Source: Clostridia bacterium
Lineage (GTDB): Bacteria > Bacillota > Clostridia > Christensenellales > Borkfalkiaceae
Direction: 5' to 3'
NCBI GenBank assembly: GCA_017887095.1
Contig: JAGHIT010000048.1
Span: 9,253-73,252 of the forward strand
DNA length: 64,000 nt
A program made the position numbers and the translations under genes. How positions within the stretch are numbered: the stretch's first letter is position 1; every line of letters starts with the position of its first letter. Positions 39,094-47,535 of the stretch are shown piece after piece. The notes under the pieces were generated by a model that did no database searches, was not told the DNA's origin, and saw only the letters and a list, made by a program, of their open reading frames with translations.

Positions 39094-40602
39094 ATGGCTG
39101 AACACATCATTGAACTGCAAAACGTAACCAAATATTATGACGACACACTCGTTCTTGAGAATGTCAATTTATATGTCAACAAGGGCGAGTTTATTACTTT
39201 TCTCGGTCCGTCCGGATGCGGAAAAACAACGACATTGCGCATGATCGCAGGATTCGATACCCCCTCTGCCGGAAAAATCCTTCTTCACGGAAAGGATATT
39301 TCCTCCCTGCCCCCAAATAAGAGACCGGTAAACACTGTATTTCAGCGCTATGCCCTCTTTCCGCATCTCAATGTATTCGAGAACATTGCTTTCGGATTGA
39401 AATGCAAACGCGTGCTCAACACTTATGAAAACGACCGGGGAAAACGCTATACGAAAAAGGAAAAGCTCTCTAAACAGCAAATTGAAAGCAAGGTAAAAAA
39501 AGCGCTGGAACTCGTCGATCTCGAAGGATTTGAAAAGCGTTCCATTTCCACGCTCTCCGGCGGTCAGCAGCAACGCGTCGCAATAGCGCGCGCCATCGTC
39601 AACGAACCGGAAATCCTGCTTCTCGATGAGCCGCTCGGCGCCCTTGACCTCAAAATGCGCAAAGAGATGCAGATCGAGCTCAAAGAAATCCATCGGCGTC
39701 TCGGCATCACCTTTATCTACGTCACCCACGATCAGGAAGAAGCGCTTACGATGTCTGACACGATCGTCGTCATGGCGGACGGCGTTGTACAACAGATCGG
39801 AACCCCTCTCGGCATTTATAACGAACCCGCCAACACCTTTGTCGCCGATTTTATCGGAGAAAGCAATATATTCAACGGAACGGTCATCGGAGAACGCAAG
39901 GTCAAATTCTGCGGCAAGACATTCGATTGCGTAGATGATTTTGAACAAAACGAGCCTGTAGACGTCGTCGTCCGCCCGGAAGACGTGGTCATGTGCGCAC
40001 CCGAGGACGGGAAGCTTCAGGGCAAAGTGATCTCCGTCGTCTTCAAGGGAATCCACTATGAAATCACCGCGCAGATCGGCAAGTATGAAATTGTTATCCA
40101 AAGTACGGACAAGCGCGAAATCGGTGACCTGATCGGCATGAATATCGCACCGGACGAAATCCATCTGATGAAACCGAAATATACGACCAATGCCTTTGAC
40201 GGTACAATCACAAAACGCAATACCGTTGCTTTTGCAGACGGCGAGTTTGCATGCGATCTCACACAGCTCTATCCCGGCAGTCATATCGATGAAGAAGAAT
40301 ATCTTGTTACGGCATCCGGAGAAAAACTCGATCTGACGGGTACGGAGGTGCGCGTCGAAGTCGGACTGACAGATATCGCCATCAGTGACGACGAGAATGC
40401 AGGAGGCACAACGGGCAACATCATTTCGATCATATACAAAGGCGACCATTACCGTCTTATCGTGCGTACAGACGGGGAAGCCGAAGAAGATTTTGTCTTT
40501 GCGACAGACGATCTCTGGAATGAGAACGACCGGGTTTCCGTCATTATTCCTGCAGACAAAATCAAACTTGCGCTGAAAAAAACGGAGGATAAAAAAGCAT
40601 GA
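39094..40602 (+). CDS. potA: Spermidine/putrescine ABC transporter ATP-binding protein, long form
   Basis: [23 protein letters not shown] and [11 protein letters not shown] are present. The start is the ATG at 39094 after CAGGAGAA. The 502-aa protein has an insert after the Q-loop and two TOBE-like C-terminal repeats. Confidence 0.9.
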   Translation: MAEHIIELQNVTKYYDDTLVLENVNLYVNKGEFITFLGPSGCGKTTTLRMIAGFDTPSAGKILLHGKDISSLPPNKRPVNTVFQRYALFPHLNVFENIAFGLKCKRVLNTYENDRGKRYTKKEKLSKQQIESKVKKALELVDLEGFEKRSISTLSGGQQQRVAIARAIVNEPEILLLDEPLGALDLKMRKEMQIELKEIHRRLGITFIYVTHDQEEALTMSDTIVVMADGVVQQIGTPLGIYNEPANTFVADFIGESNIFNGTVIGERKVKFCGKTFDCVDDFEQNEPVDVVVRPEDVVMCAPEDGKLQGKVISVVFKGIHYEITAQIGKYEIVIQSTDKREIGDLIGMNIAPDEIHLMKPKYTTNAFDGTITKRNTVAFADGEFACDLTQLYPGSHIDEEEYLVTASGEKLDLTGTEVRVEVGLTDIAISDDENAGGTTGNIISIIYKGDHYRLIVRTDGEAEEDFVFATDDLWNENDRVSVIIPADKIKLALKKTEDKKA

Positions 40603-41387
40603 GACTTCAGTTTTCACGCAAGATGCTCGGGATCCCTTATGCCGTCTTTTTGCTTTTCTTTGTCATTGTGCCCATGCTTGTTATTCTGTTCTATGCTTTT
40701 ACGGACAAAGAATTGCATTTCACTTTCGGAAATTTTATTCGTTTTTTCTCCGATCCGAGCAAACTCAGCACGATCGCATATTCTTTGGTCATCGCACTCA
40801 TTACGACCGTTATTTGTCTTGCCATCGCCTATCCCGTCGCATATATTCTTGCGCGCAGCAACATGAAGCGTAAATTTGTTCTTCTGCTCCTCTTTGTCAC
40901 GCCTATGTGGATCAATTTCGTTCTGCGCGTGAATGCAATCCGCGAACTCCTAAGCTGGACCGGTCTGTTGGGAGAAGCCAATTATTTTAACACTATCTTT
41001 GGAATGGTCTATGATTTTCTGCCATTTATGATTCTGCCGATCTATACTACGCTGTTGAAAATCGATCACAGCCTTTACGAAGCAAGCGCCGATCTCGGCG
41101 CGGGTTGGAGCAAAACATTTACGCGCATCACCCTTCCGCTTTCGCTGCCGGGGATCATGAGCGGGATCACAATGGTGTTTCTCCCCTCCATGACAAATTA
41201 TGTCGTATCGGATATGCTTGGGAACTCCAAGGTAACCATTATCGGAAAATTCATATACGAATACTTCGGCTCCAACTGGCATATGGGGTCCATGGTCGCG
41301 CTCATTCTTCTCATTGTCGTCTTTCTCACCACTTGGCTGACAGGAGGCTTTCGCGAAGACGAAACGGTAAGGGGGGCTAATATATGA
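40599..41387 (+). CDS. potB: Spermidine/putrescine ABC transporter permease
   Basis: Six TM segments and the EAA loop ([21 protein letters not shown]). The gene overlaps the potA stop. Confidence 0.88.
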   Translation: MRLQFSRKMLGIPYAVFLLFFVIVPMLVILFYAFTDKELHFTFGNFIRFFSDPSKLSTIAYSLVIALITTVICLAIAYPVAYILARSNMKRKFVLLLLFVTPMWINFVLRVNAIRELLSWTGLLGEANYFNTIFGMVYDFLPFMILPIYTTLLKIDHSLYEASADLGAGWSKTFTRITLPLSLPGIMSGITMVFLPSMTNYVVSDMLGNSKVTIIGKFIYEYFGSNWHMGSMVALILLIVVFLTTWLTGGFREDETVRGANI

Positions 41388-42196
41388 ACAGAAAACATCT
41401 TCTGCTCGATTGCTGTAAAGCAATATTCATCGGGCTTGTGTTGCTCTTTTTGTATGCACCCATCCTGCTGCTCGCCGTTTACAGTTTCATCGGAACCGAT
41501 ATCATCGGCACTTCCGGAGAATTTTCCCTTGTCCACTATGTTTCACTGTTTACCGATCCGAAGGTACTTACCATGATCGGCAATACCATTTTCCTTGCGC
41601 TTGCGTCTGCAGCACTCTCCACGATTCTTGGCACCCTCGGCGCAATCGGAATGTATTACAGCAAGCGCCGCACAAAAACAATGCTCGGAGCCGTCAGCCG
41701 CATCCCCATCATCAATGCGGAGATCGTCACCGCACTCGCGCTTGCAATCGCCTTTGTCGTCTGCGCAATTCCAAAGTCCTATTTTACGCTGCTCGTCGGA
41801 CACATGGTCATCAGCACACCCTTTGTCGTACTGTCCGTCATGCCGAAGCTCAAACAAATGGACAACTCCCTTTATGAAGCGGCGCTCGATCTAGGAGCCT
41901 CTCCCGCAAAGGCACTGTTCCGTGTAGTTCTGCCACAGATCATCCCGGGCGTCATTTCCGGCTTCATGCTTGCAGTCACTCTTTCGTTAGATGACTATAT
42001 CGTCACATTCTATACGAGACCAAACGGATTTGAAACAATTTCCACCTATGTGTTTAACGCAACAACGCGCGGCAATGCTCAAACGGCGGAGACACTCTCC
42101 TCATTTTGGGCGCTGACGACCATCATTTTCATCCTGATTCTCCTGATCGTACTTATCTCCAATCTTGTCGGCAAAAAGAAGGAGGCAGACAGATGA
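41384..42196 (+). CDS. potC: Spermidine/putrescine ABC transporter permease
   Basis: The EAA loop is YEAALDLGASPAKALFRVVLP. The gene overlaps the potB stop. Confidence 0.88.
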   Translation: MNRKHLLLDCCKAIFIGLVLLFLYAPILLLAVYSFIGTDIIGTSGEFSLVHYVSLFTDPKVLTMIGNTIFLALASAALSTILGTLGAIGMYYSKRRTKTMLGAVSRIPIINAEIVTALALAIAFVVCAIPKSYFTLLVGHMVISTPFVVLSVMPKLKQMDNSLYEAALDLGASPAKALFRVVLPQIIPGVISGFMLAVTLSLDDYIVTFYTRPNGFETISTYVFNATTRGNAQTAETLSSFWALTTIIFILILLIVLISNLVGKKKEADR

Positions 42197-43725
42197 AACT
42201 GAAAAGAACAGCTACGCTCGCGCTTGCCGCAGCGCTGGTTTCGGCGCCCGTCTTAGCCGTTGCCGGATGCGCTCCCGACGACACCATTGTCCTGCGCGTT
42301 TACAACTGGGAAGAATACATGGACGAAGGCGGCGAGGATTCTTATGACGGAACTGAAGCCGCTCCCTCTATGACGGAACGCTTTGAAGCATGGTATGAGG
42401 AAACATATGACACTCCGATCCGTGTGGAATATACGACTTACGGCACCAATGAGGACATGTATAATCAACTCATGCTTACCAACGAAGGAGACTATGATCT
42501 TCTCTGCCCTTCGGAATACATGATCATGAAACTCGCGGCAGAAGACCGCCTCGTCCCTTATGACGACAGCTTTTTTGATCCGACGATCGAAGAAAACTAT
42601 TACATCCGCAACGTATCTCCATTCATCCAAAACATCTTTGAAGGAAATGAGATCGTTCGGCAAAACAACGACGCAGGCTCTACATGGGCCGACTATGCCG
42701 CAGGTTATATGTGGGGCGTGACGGGATTTATTTATAACGCAGAAGCGATCGACGAGACGCAGCTGGCCGAACTCGGCTGGAACGCCATGACCGCCGATAT
42801 CTATAAAAATAAAGTCACGACGAAAGACAATGTTCGTGACACCTATTTTGTCGCACTGGCTATCCTCTATCGGGACGAGATCAAAGCTCTTGACAGAAAC
42901 GCCGAAAACTTTAACGAACAACTCACCGCTATCCTCAACCGTACAGACGAAGAGACGATCAAAAAAGTTGAAGAGATTTTACGTCAAATCGACGGCAATA
43001 TTTACAGCTATGAGACGGACACGGGAAAAAACGATATGGTGCTCGGCAACATTTGGCTTAACTTCGCATGGAGCGGCGACGCTGTATACGCCATGGATCT
43101 CGCAGAAGAGGAAGACGGTATCTCTCTCAATTTTTTTATCCCGAACGAATGCGCGAATCTATGGTTTGACGGCTGGGTCATGCCCAAGGGCGCACAAAAA
43201 CAGCCCGCTCAAGCATTTGTCAACTTCCTCTCGCGCCCCGACAATGCAGTGCGTAATATGTATTATATCGGCTATTCAAGCGTCATTTCCGGCGACCGAG
43301 CAGACGAGACTTACGGATCAGCCGTTCTGGATTATGTAAGAGAATGCTATGAAGCGGACCCCGAGGAGACGGACGATGTAATACTCTACGACCTATCCTA
43401 TTTCTTCGGTGAAAACACGGCTTTCTACGCCGAAACCGAACAGGCGCTTTCCAGACAGCTGCATGCACAATACCCGACCCAAGAAGATATGCTGCACTGT
43501 GCCGTCATGGATTATTACGGCGAAACAGCAAACGAAAATATCAATGAACTTTGGTCGCGAATCAAAGCGGAAAGTCTGGATGCATGGGCAATCGCCGTTC
43601 TGTGTGCCGCCGCAGTTCTTATCATTGCCGTTCCCCTCGCCGCTAAATTCGGAAAGCATCTGGAGTTCCGTAAAAAACCCAAAAAAGGTTATAGACAAGT
43701 CAGCCAAAAGTCAGATGAGATTTGA
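42193..43725 (+). CDS. potD: Polyamine ABC transporter substrate-binding lipoprotein, long form with C-terminal TM segment
   Basis: The start at ATG 42193 overlaps the potC stop. It has a signal peptide with the lipobox LAVAGC, PotD-like content, and a C-terminal hydrophobic helix (AWAIAVLCAAAVLIIAVPLAA) plus a basic tail. Confidence 0.82.
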   Translation: MKLKRTATLALAAALVSAPVLAVAGCAPDDTIVLRVYNWEEYMDEGGEDSYDGTEAAPSMTERFEAWYEETYDTPIRVEYTTYGTNEDMYNQLMLTNEGDYDLLCPSEYMIMKLAAEDRLVPYDDSFFDPTIEENYYIRNVSPFIQNIFEGNEIVRQNNDAGSTWADYAAGYMWGVTGFIYNAEAIDETQLAELGWNAMTADIYKNKVTTKDNVRDTYFVALAILYRDEIKALDRNAENFNEQLTAILNRTDEETIKKVEEILRQIDGNIYSYETDTGKNDMVLGNIWLNFAWSGDAVYAMDLAEEEDGISLNFFIPNECANLWFDGWVMPKGAQKQPAQAFVNFLSRPDNAVRNMYYIGYSSVISGDRADETYGSAVLDYVRECYEADPEETDDVILYDLSYFFGENTAFYAETEQALSRQLHAQYPTQEDMLHCAVMDYYGETANENINELWSRIKAESLDAWAIAVLCAAAVLIIAVPLAAKFGKHLEFRKKPKKGYRQVSQKSDEI

Positions 43726-43732
43726 GCAGAAC

Positions 43733-43771
43733 AAAAAACGCGTTCTTCCCACTTGAAAGAACGCGTTTTTT
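43733..43771. terminator. Bidirectional terminator between potD and the minus-strand ABC operon
   Basis: An 11-bp stem, AACGCGTTCTT-cccacttga-AAGAACGCGTT, is flanked by an A-run and a T-run. Confidence 0.85.
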
Positions 43772-44463
43772 CATTTCTCAATGACACCCTTTCGCAACGC
43801 AAGTCTTTTGGCACGTCGATATGCGTACTCCAGATTTTTCCAACGGAACACCTGCTTTCCGTCTTTATAGAGAAAATTCCACTTTTTGTCCGCAAACTCA
43901 CCATCAGTTTTCAGGCGAAAACGGACTGCATTCGGCGTAAGCGATTGCATTTCCATCCATCGGAACAACCCGAACGAAACAATAATCAGCGCATCGGAAG
44001 CCTCGCCCGTATCAAAATCATCAGGTAAAACATATCTGCGTTCTTCTCCTCGCTCCAGCCATACGACGCATTTTCCGGGCGACAGCTGACTAGAATCGAG
44101 GCAGAAAGTCACTACACCGTTTTCCGACATCCAATCCGACGCAAATTCTTCCCGCGACCACAACAAAAAGGCGATCAGGTAAGATGCACGCAGATTGCCG
44201 TTGTTATCCCGCTTGTTATATTTCGCACCTATGATACAAATCGCGATCATGATAACAACCGCAGCGACAAAAAGACAGACCGCCAGAATATTTTGCCAAG
44301 CCTCCAGCCCCTTCTCCTTATCGATCAGTATGGCGGCGGCAACCAGAAACACACACATGACAATCCCGAAGGAAAATCCGATCTTGCTCATTCGTTTGGC
44401 TTGACGGACATTTTTCTCCTCTTTCCGAAAATAATCTGTCCGAATATATTCGCGGAATTTCAT
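43771..44463 (-). CDS. Hypothetical membrane protein (2 TM plus ~140-aa C-terminal domain)
   Basis: The 230-aa ORF is translationally coupled to the upstream permease (overlap 44460..44463). It has two clear hydrophobic helices. I recognise no family. Confidence 0.65.
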   Translation of the reverse strand: MKFREYIRTDYFRKEEKNVRQAKRMSKIGFSFGIVMCVFLVAAAILIDKEKGLEAWQNILAVCLFVAAVVIMIAICIIGAKYNKRDNNGNLRASYLIAFLLWSREEFASDWMSENGVVTFCLDSSQLSPGKCVVWLERGEERRYVLPDDFDTGEASDALIIVSFGLFRWMEMQSLTPNAVRFRLKTDGEFADKKWNFLYKDGKQVFRWKNLEYAYRRAKRLALRKGVIEK

Positions 44464-45215
44464 ACGATGAGATTCACCTTATTTCTCAGAATATATCTCA
44501 CGATCAAGAAGCAGGCAACATCCACCACAAGGTTGAGAATTATTTGCACCCATATAGCTGCATGAGGCGATGGAATCACCATAAAAACAGGAATAAGAAT
44601 GCATGTATTCACGATCGATAATCCCATGGAAAAAGCAAATCCGATGAGAAACGCCATTCCTATCCGATGGTTCGTACAAAGCTGTGCAAGCGAAAGAATC
44701 AGATAGAATATAAGCAGGTTCATAGGCAGCGAAGTCAGGAACAGACATATGATTTCGACGATATACAACGGATCGTATTGCATGATCAGCCCCAACTGAG
44801 AAAACGCCTCGCTAAGCACAAGCCAAATTTCTGTCAGAACCGCATTATCCAGTCCAATGAGAAAAATACATCCTGAGAGGACGCAAACCACAACGGCAAA
44901 CGCCTCTGCGACAATAGCCGAGAGCAGTTTTGACCAAATGAGCTGATCGGCAGTGACAGGCATGGAAAGTGTAAAATATCCCTCACCGGTGAAGAGCGGC
45001 CGGTAGAATCGCGCTATCGAGAGCCAAAACGCACTGATCAGCATCGCGAGCACCGCATACACATACAGCAGCAGCAAAAGTCCGAAAAAAGGGCTGGCAG
45101 GCGCGACGGCAAACATTATGCGCATCAGAACGGCAAGCCCAAGCAACGCGACCGCAAAATAGACGATCACGCGTCCTATCGCATACAGTTCGTGCTTTAT
45201 CAGTTTTGTCACCAT
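44460..45215 (-). CDS. ABC-2-type transporter permease-like membrane protein
   Basis: 251 aa with about six hydrophobic helices. It overlaps the ATPase stop (45209..45215). Confidence 0.7.
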   Translation of the reverse strand: MVTKLIKHELYAIGRVIVYFAVALLGLAVLMRIMFAVAPASPFFGLLLLLYVYAVLAMLISAFWLSIARFYRPLFTGEGYFTLSMPVTADQLIWSKLLSAIVAEAFAVVVCVLSGCIFLIGLDNAVLTEIWLVLSEAFSQLGLIMQYDPLYIVEIICLFLTSLPMNLLIFYLILSLAQLCTNHRIGMAFLIGFAFSMGLSIVNTCILIPVFMVIPSPHAAIWVQIILNLVVDVACFLIVRYILRNKVNLIV

Positions 45216-46105
45216 CTGAACACCTCCCGGAATAGTTCGTCAAGCGTCTTATGTTCCTGCGAATACACATCCTTGACGTCCCTATCCAAAACGACCTGCC
45301 CACGATTCAAAAATATCGCATGCGACAAAACCGGCTCGATATCCGCTATCAGATGCGTACACAACAAAATCGTAGAGCCCTCCGGCTTATTGCAGATGAT
45401 CGTTTCCAAAATAAAGTCGCGCGCCGCGGGATCCACGCCCGCGATGGGTTCGTCCAGAATATAGAGTTTCGCCTCACGTGCCATCGTTGAAATCAGGCAG
45501 ACTTTTTCAAGATTTCCCTTCGAGAGCGATTTCAGGCGCTGCTTGGCAGAAATACCCAACCGTGATAGCAGTTCGTCGGCACGGTCATGACGAAAATCAG
45601 GAAAGAAATCTCCCACATATCTGAACGCCTGCTCTACGGTCATCCAGCGCGGCAGATGAGGGGTATCGGGAAGATAAGCCGTCATCTGTTTGGTCCTTGG
45701 CGAAGGTCTTTCTCCGCCGATAAAAATATCTCCCGTTGTCGGCTGCAACATTCCCATTGCAAGCTTGATCAGCGTTGACTTCCCGCTTCCATTCGGACCC
45801 AACAATCCGACAACCCCGCCCGCGCGCACAGATAGATCCACATTATACAGCGCGACTGTCTGAGAATAGGCTTTATTAAGTCTGCAACACTGCAAAATCT
45901 TCGTATCCGTCTCTTTATAGCTTGCCGCCGTTGGAAGCCTTCTTGGCTCATACCCCAAAGACGCGTCCGTATACACGGAAGAATGAGGCAATATCGGCGG
46001 CGTCCCGATTGAAGCGCCCACGTCTCCAACGTCAGATAACGGCTCTTTGTCGCCGTCCTTCGTCTCTGTTCCTTCGCATTCAATACGATTTTCCAAATCT
46101 TCCAT
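45209..46105 (-). CDS. ABC transporter ATP-binding protein with ~80-aa acidic N-terminal extension
   Basis: GPNGSGKSTLIKL is Walker A, LSKGNLEKV the signature, and LYILDEP Walker B. The ATG at 46105 is preceded by AAAGGAG. Confidence 0.88.
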   Translation of the reverse strand: MEDLENRIECEGTETKDGDKEPLSDVGDVGASIGTPPILPHSSVYTDASLGYEPRRLPTAASYKETDTKILQCCRLNKAYSQTVALYNVDLSVRAGGVVGLLGPNGSGKSTLIKLAMGMLQPTTGDIFIGGERPSPRTKQMTAYLPDTPHLPRWMTVEQAFRYVGDFFPDFRHDRADELLSRLGISAKQRLKSLSKGNLEKVCLISTMAREAKLYILDEPIAGVDPAARDFILETIICNKPEGSTILLCTHLIADIEPVLSHAIFLNRGQVVLDRDVKDVYSQEHKTLDELFREVFRW

Positions 46106-46162
46106 GATTTACTCCTTTCCGTCTTTCTGTCCCGTCACGCTTCAACACAACTCTTTCTTTTC

Positions 46163-46342
46163 CTATTTTTCTTCGGAATTTTTCTTGCGTTGTTTCACGC
46201 ATTCCATGAGCAAATATTCGATCTGCCCATTCAGAGACCGAAAGTCCTCCTCCGCCCATTGCATCAAGTCGGCATAAAGAGAAGGTGCAAGACGGAGCGG
46301 TATCTGCTTTTTCAATTTATTCTGCTGTTTTTCCCCGTCCAT
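46163..46342 (-). CDS. Arc/MetJ-type ribbon-helix-helix DNA-binding protein (59 aa, not in ORF track)
   Basis: Hand translation gives MDGEKQQNKLKKQIPLRLAPSLYADLMQWAEEDFRSLNGQIEYLLMECVKQRKKNSEEK. The pattern is a beta-strand (IPLRL) followed by two helices, with the FRS.NGQIEYLL motif typical of Arc-family proteins. GGGGAGG lies 6 nt upstream of the ATG. Confidence 0.8.
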   Translation of the reverse strand: MDGEKQQNKLKKQIPLRLAPSLYADLMQWAEEDFRSLNGQIEYLLMECVKQRKKNSEEK

Positions 46343-46424
46343 CTCGTCCTCCCCGATTCAATACTTTTATAGTTTAGAATAATTCCGAATACACATAAAT
46401 TGCGTGCAGCTCATTGTTCTCCTG

Positions 46425-47363
46425 TCAGTAGATGCTCCCGCTGTTGACGATAGGCTGCGCGTCCTTATTTCCACACAAAACAACGAGAAGATTGCTCACC
46501 ATCTGTGCCTTGCGCTCATCGTCAAGGTCAACGATCTGCTCGTCGGAAAGCTTATCGAGCGCCATTTTAACCATGGATACAGCCCCTTCAACAATCTTCT
46601 GTCTTGCCGCTATGATTGCCGATGCCTGCTGACGCTGCAACATCGCCGCAGCAATCTCAGGCGCATAGGCAAGGTGAGAAATACGCGCCTCCAGAATCTC
46701 AATGCCCGCCATATCGGCGCGCTCCTGGATCTCGCCGCGCAAAATGTCCGCCACCTCCTGCGCCGAACCTCGCAGCGACTTCTCATCTCCGTTGCTGGAC
46801 ACATCATACGGATATTGGCGCGCGACCTGACGTATCGCCGCGTCACACTGCGTGGAGAGATATGCCATGTAATTGTCCACATTAAACACCGCACGCGCCG
46901 TGTTAACAATGCGCCAGATGACGACGACGGAGATCTCGATAGGATTGCCCTCCTCGTCGTTGACCTTCTGTTTTTCATTGTTGAGCGTCATCGCCTTTAA
47001 GGAGAGCTTGCGGCTCGTCCCCATCATGGCGCGGGCGGGATTGACCGTCGAACAGAAAGGATTGACCCAAAAAAACCCGTCCCGTTTCAGAGAGCCATAA
47101 TATTTCCCGAACAGAGTAAAGACATAGGACTCATTGGGCTGCAGCGTCTTGAACCCGCATGCAAGCACGCAAGCGACAAGAAACAAAACAATCCCGATTG
47201 CCACAAAAATCCCTGACATTTCGGAAGCTACGCCGATTGCACCCACGACAAATCCCGCTATTGCCGCAATAAAACACGCGATGACAACCGCAAGCATCCC
47301 CCAGCCGCTCTTTTCCCGAGCGCTTCGTTCTTCAACTTCCTTCAATATTTTCTCGTTTTCCAT
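46425..47363 (-). CDS. SPFH/band-7 domain membrane protein
   Basis: Two N-terminal TM helices are followed by an SPFH core ([15 protein letters not shown]...[27 protein letters not shown]). The start is the ATG at 47363 after GGAGGAAAAA; the track start is a TTG inside that RBS. Confidence 0.85.
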   Translation of the reverse strand: MENEKILKEVEERSAREKSGWGMLAVVIACFIAAIAGFVVGAIGVASEMSGIFVAIGIVLFLVACVLACGFKTLQPNESYVFTLFGKYYGSLKRDGFFWVNPFCSTVNPARAMMGTSRKLSLKAMTLNNEKQKVNDEEGNPIEISVVVIWRIVNTARAVFNVDNYMAYLSTQCDAAIRQVARQYPYDVSSNGDEKSLRGSAQEVADILRGEIQERADMAGIEILEARISHLAYAPEIAAAMLQRQQASAIIAARQKIVEGAVSMVKMALDKLSDEQIVDLDDERKAQMVSNLLVVLCGNKDAQPIVNSGSIY

Positions 47364-47389
47364 TTTTTCCTCCAAAATCAGAGTTATTT

Positions 47390-47466
47390 TGATATCATTA
47401 TGATATCATACATGCCAATAATTGTCAAGAGATCATGACAAAATATTTTTCGATGAATTGATATCA
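47390..47466. promoter_or_regulatory. Three copies of the 8-bp palindrome TGATATCA in the divergent control region (candidate operators)
   Basis: The copies are at 47390..47397, 47401..47408 and 47459..47466. Confidence 0.55.
47400..47428 (-). promoter_or_regulatory. Promoter TTGACA-17-TATCAT for the SPFH-RHH-ABC operon
   Basis: The minus strand reads TTGACAattattggcatgtatgaTATCAT. The -10 element overlaps TGATATCA copy 2. Confidence 0.6.
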
Positions 47467-47471
47467 AGGTC

Positions 47472-47500
47472 TTGACATTATGCGTAGAAAACGTTATACT
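47472..47500 (+). promoter_or_regulatory. Promoter TTGACA-17-TATACT for the Trp-rich membrane protein gene
   Basis: The hexamers lie at 47472..47477 and 47495..47500. Confidence 0.6.
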
Positions 47501-47535
47501 CTAAATGTAATATTATTTTATGACAGGTATTAAAA

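Noticed and set aside
39169-40617. A 482-aa minus-strand ORF opposite potA.
   Set aside because: It is antisense to an ABC ATPase with all canonical motifs. It has no RBS or promoter context and no recognisable domains.
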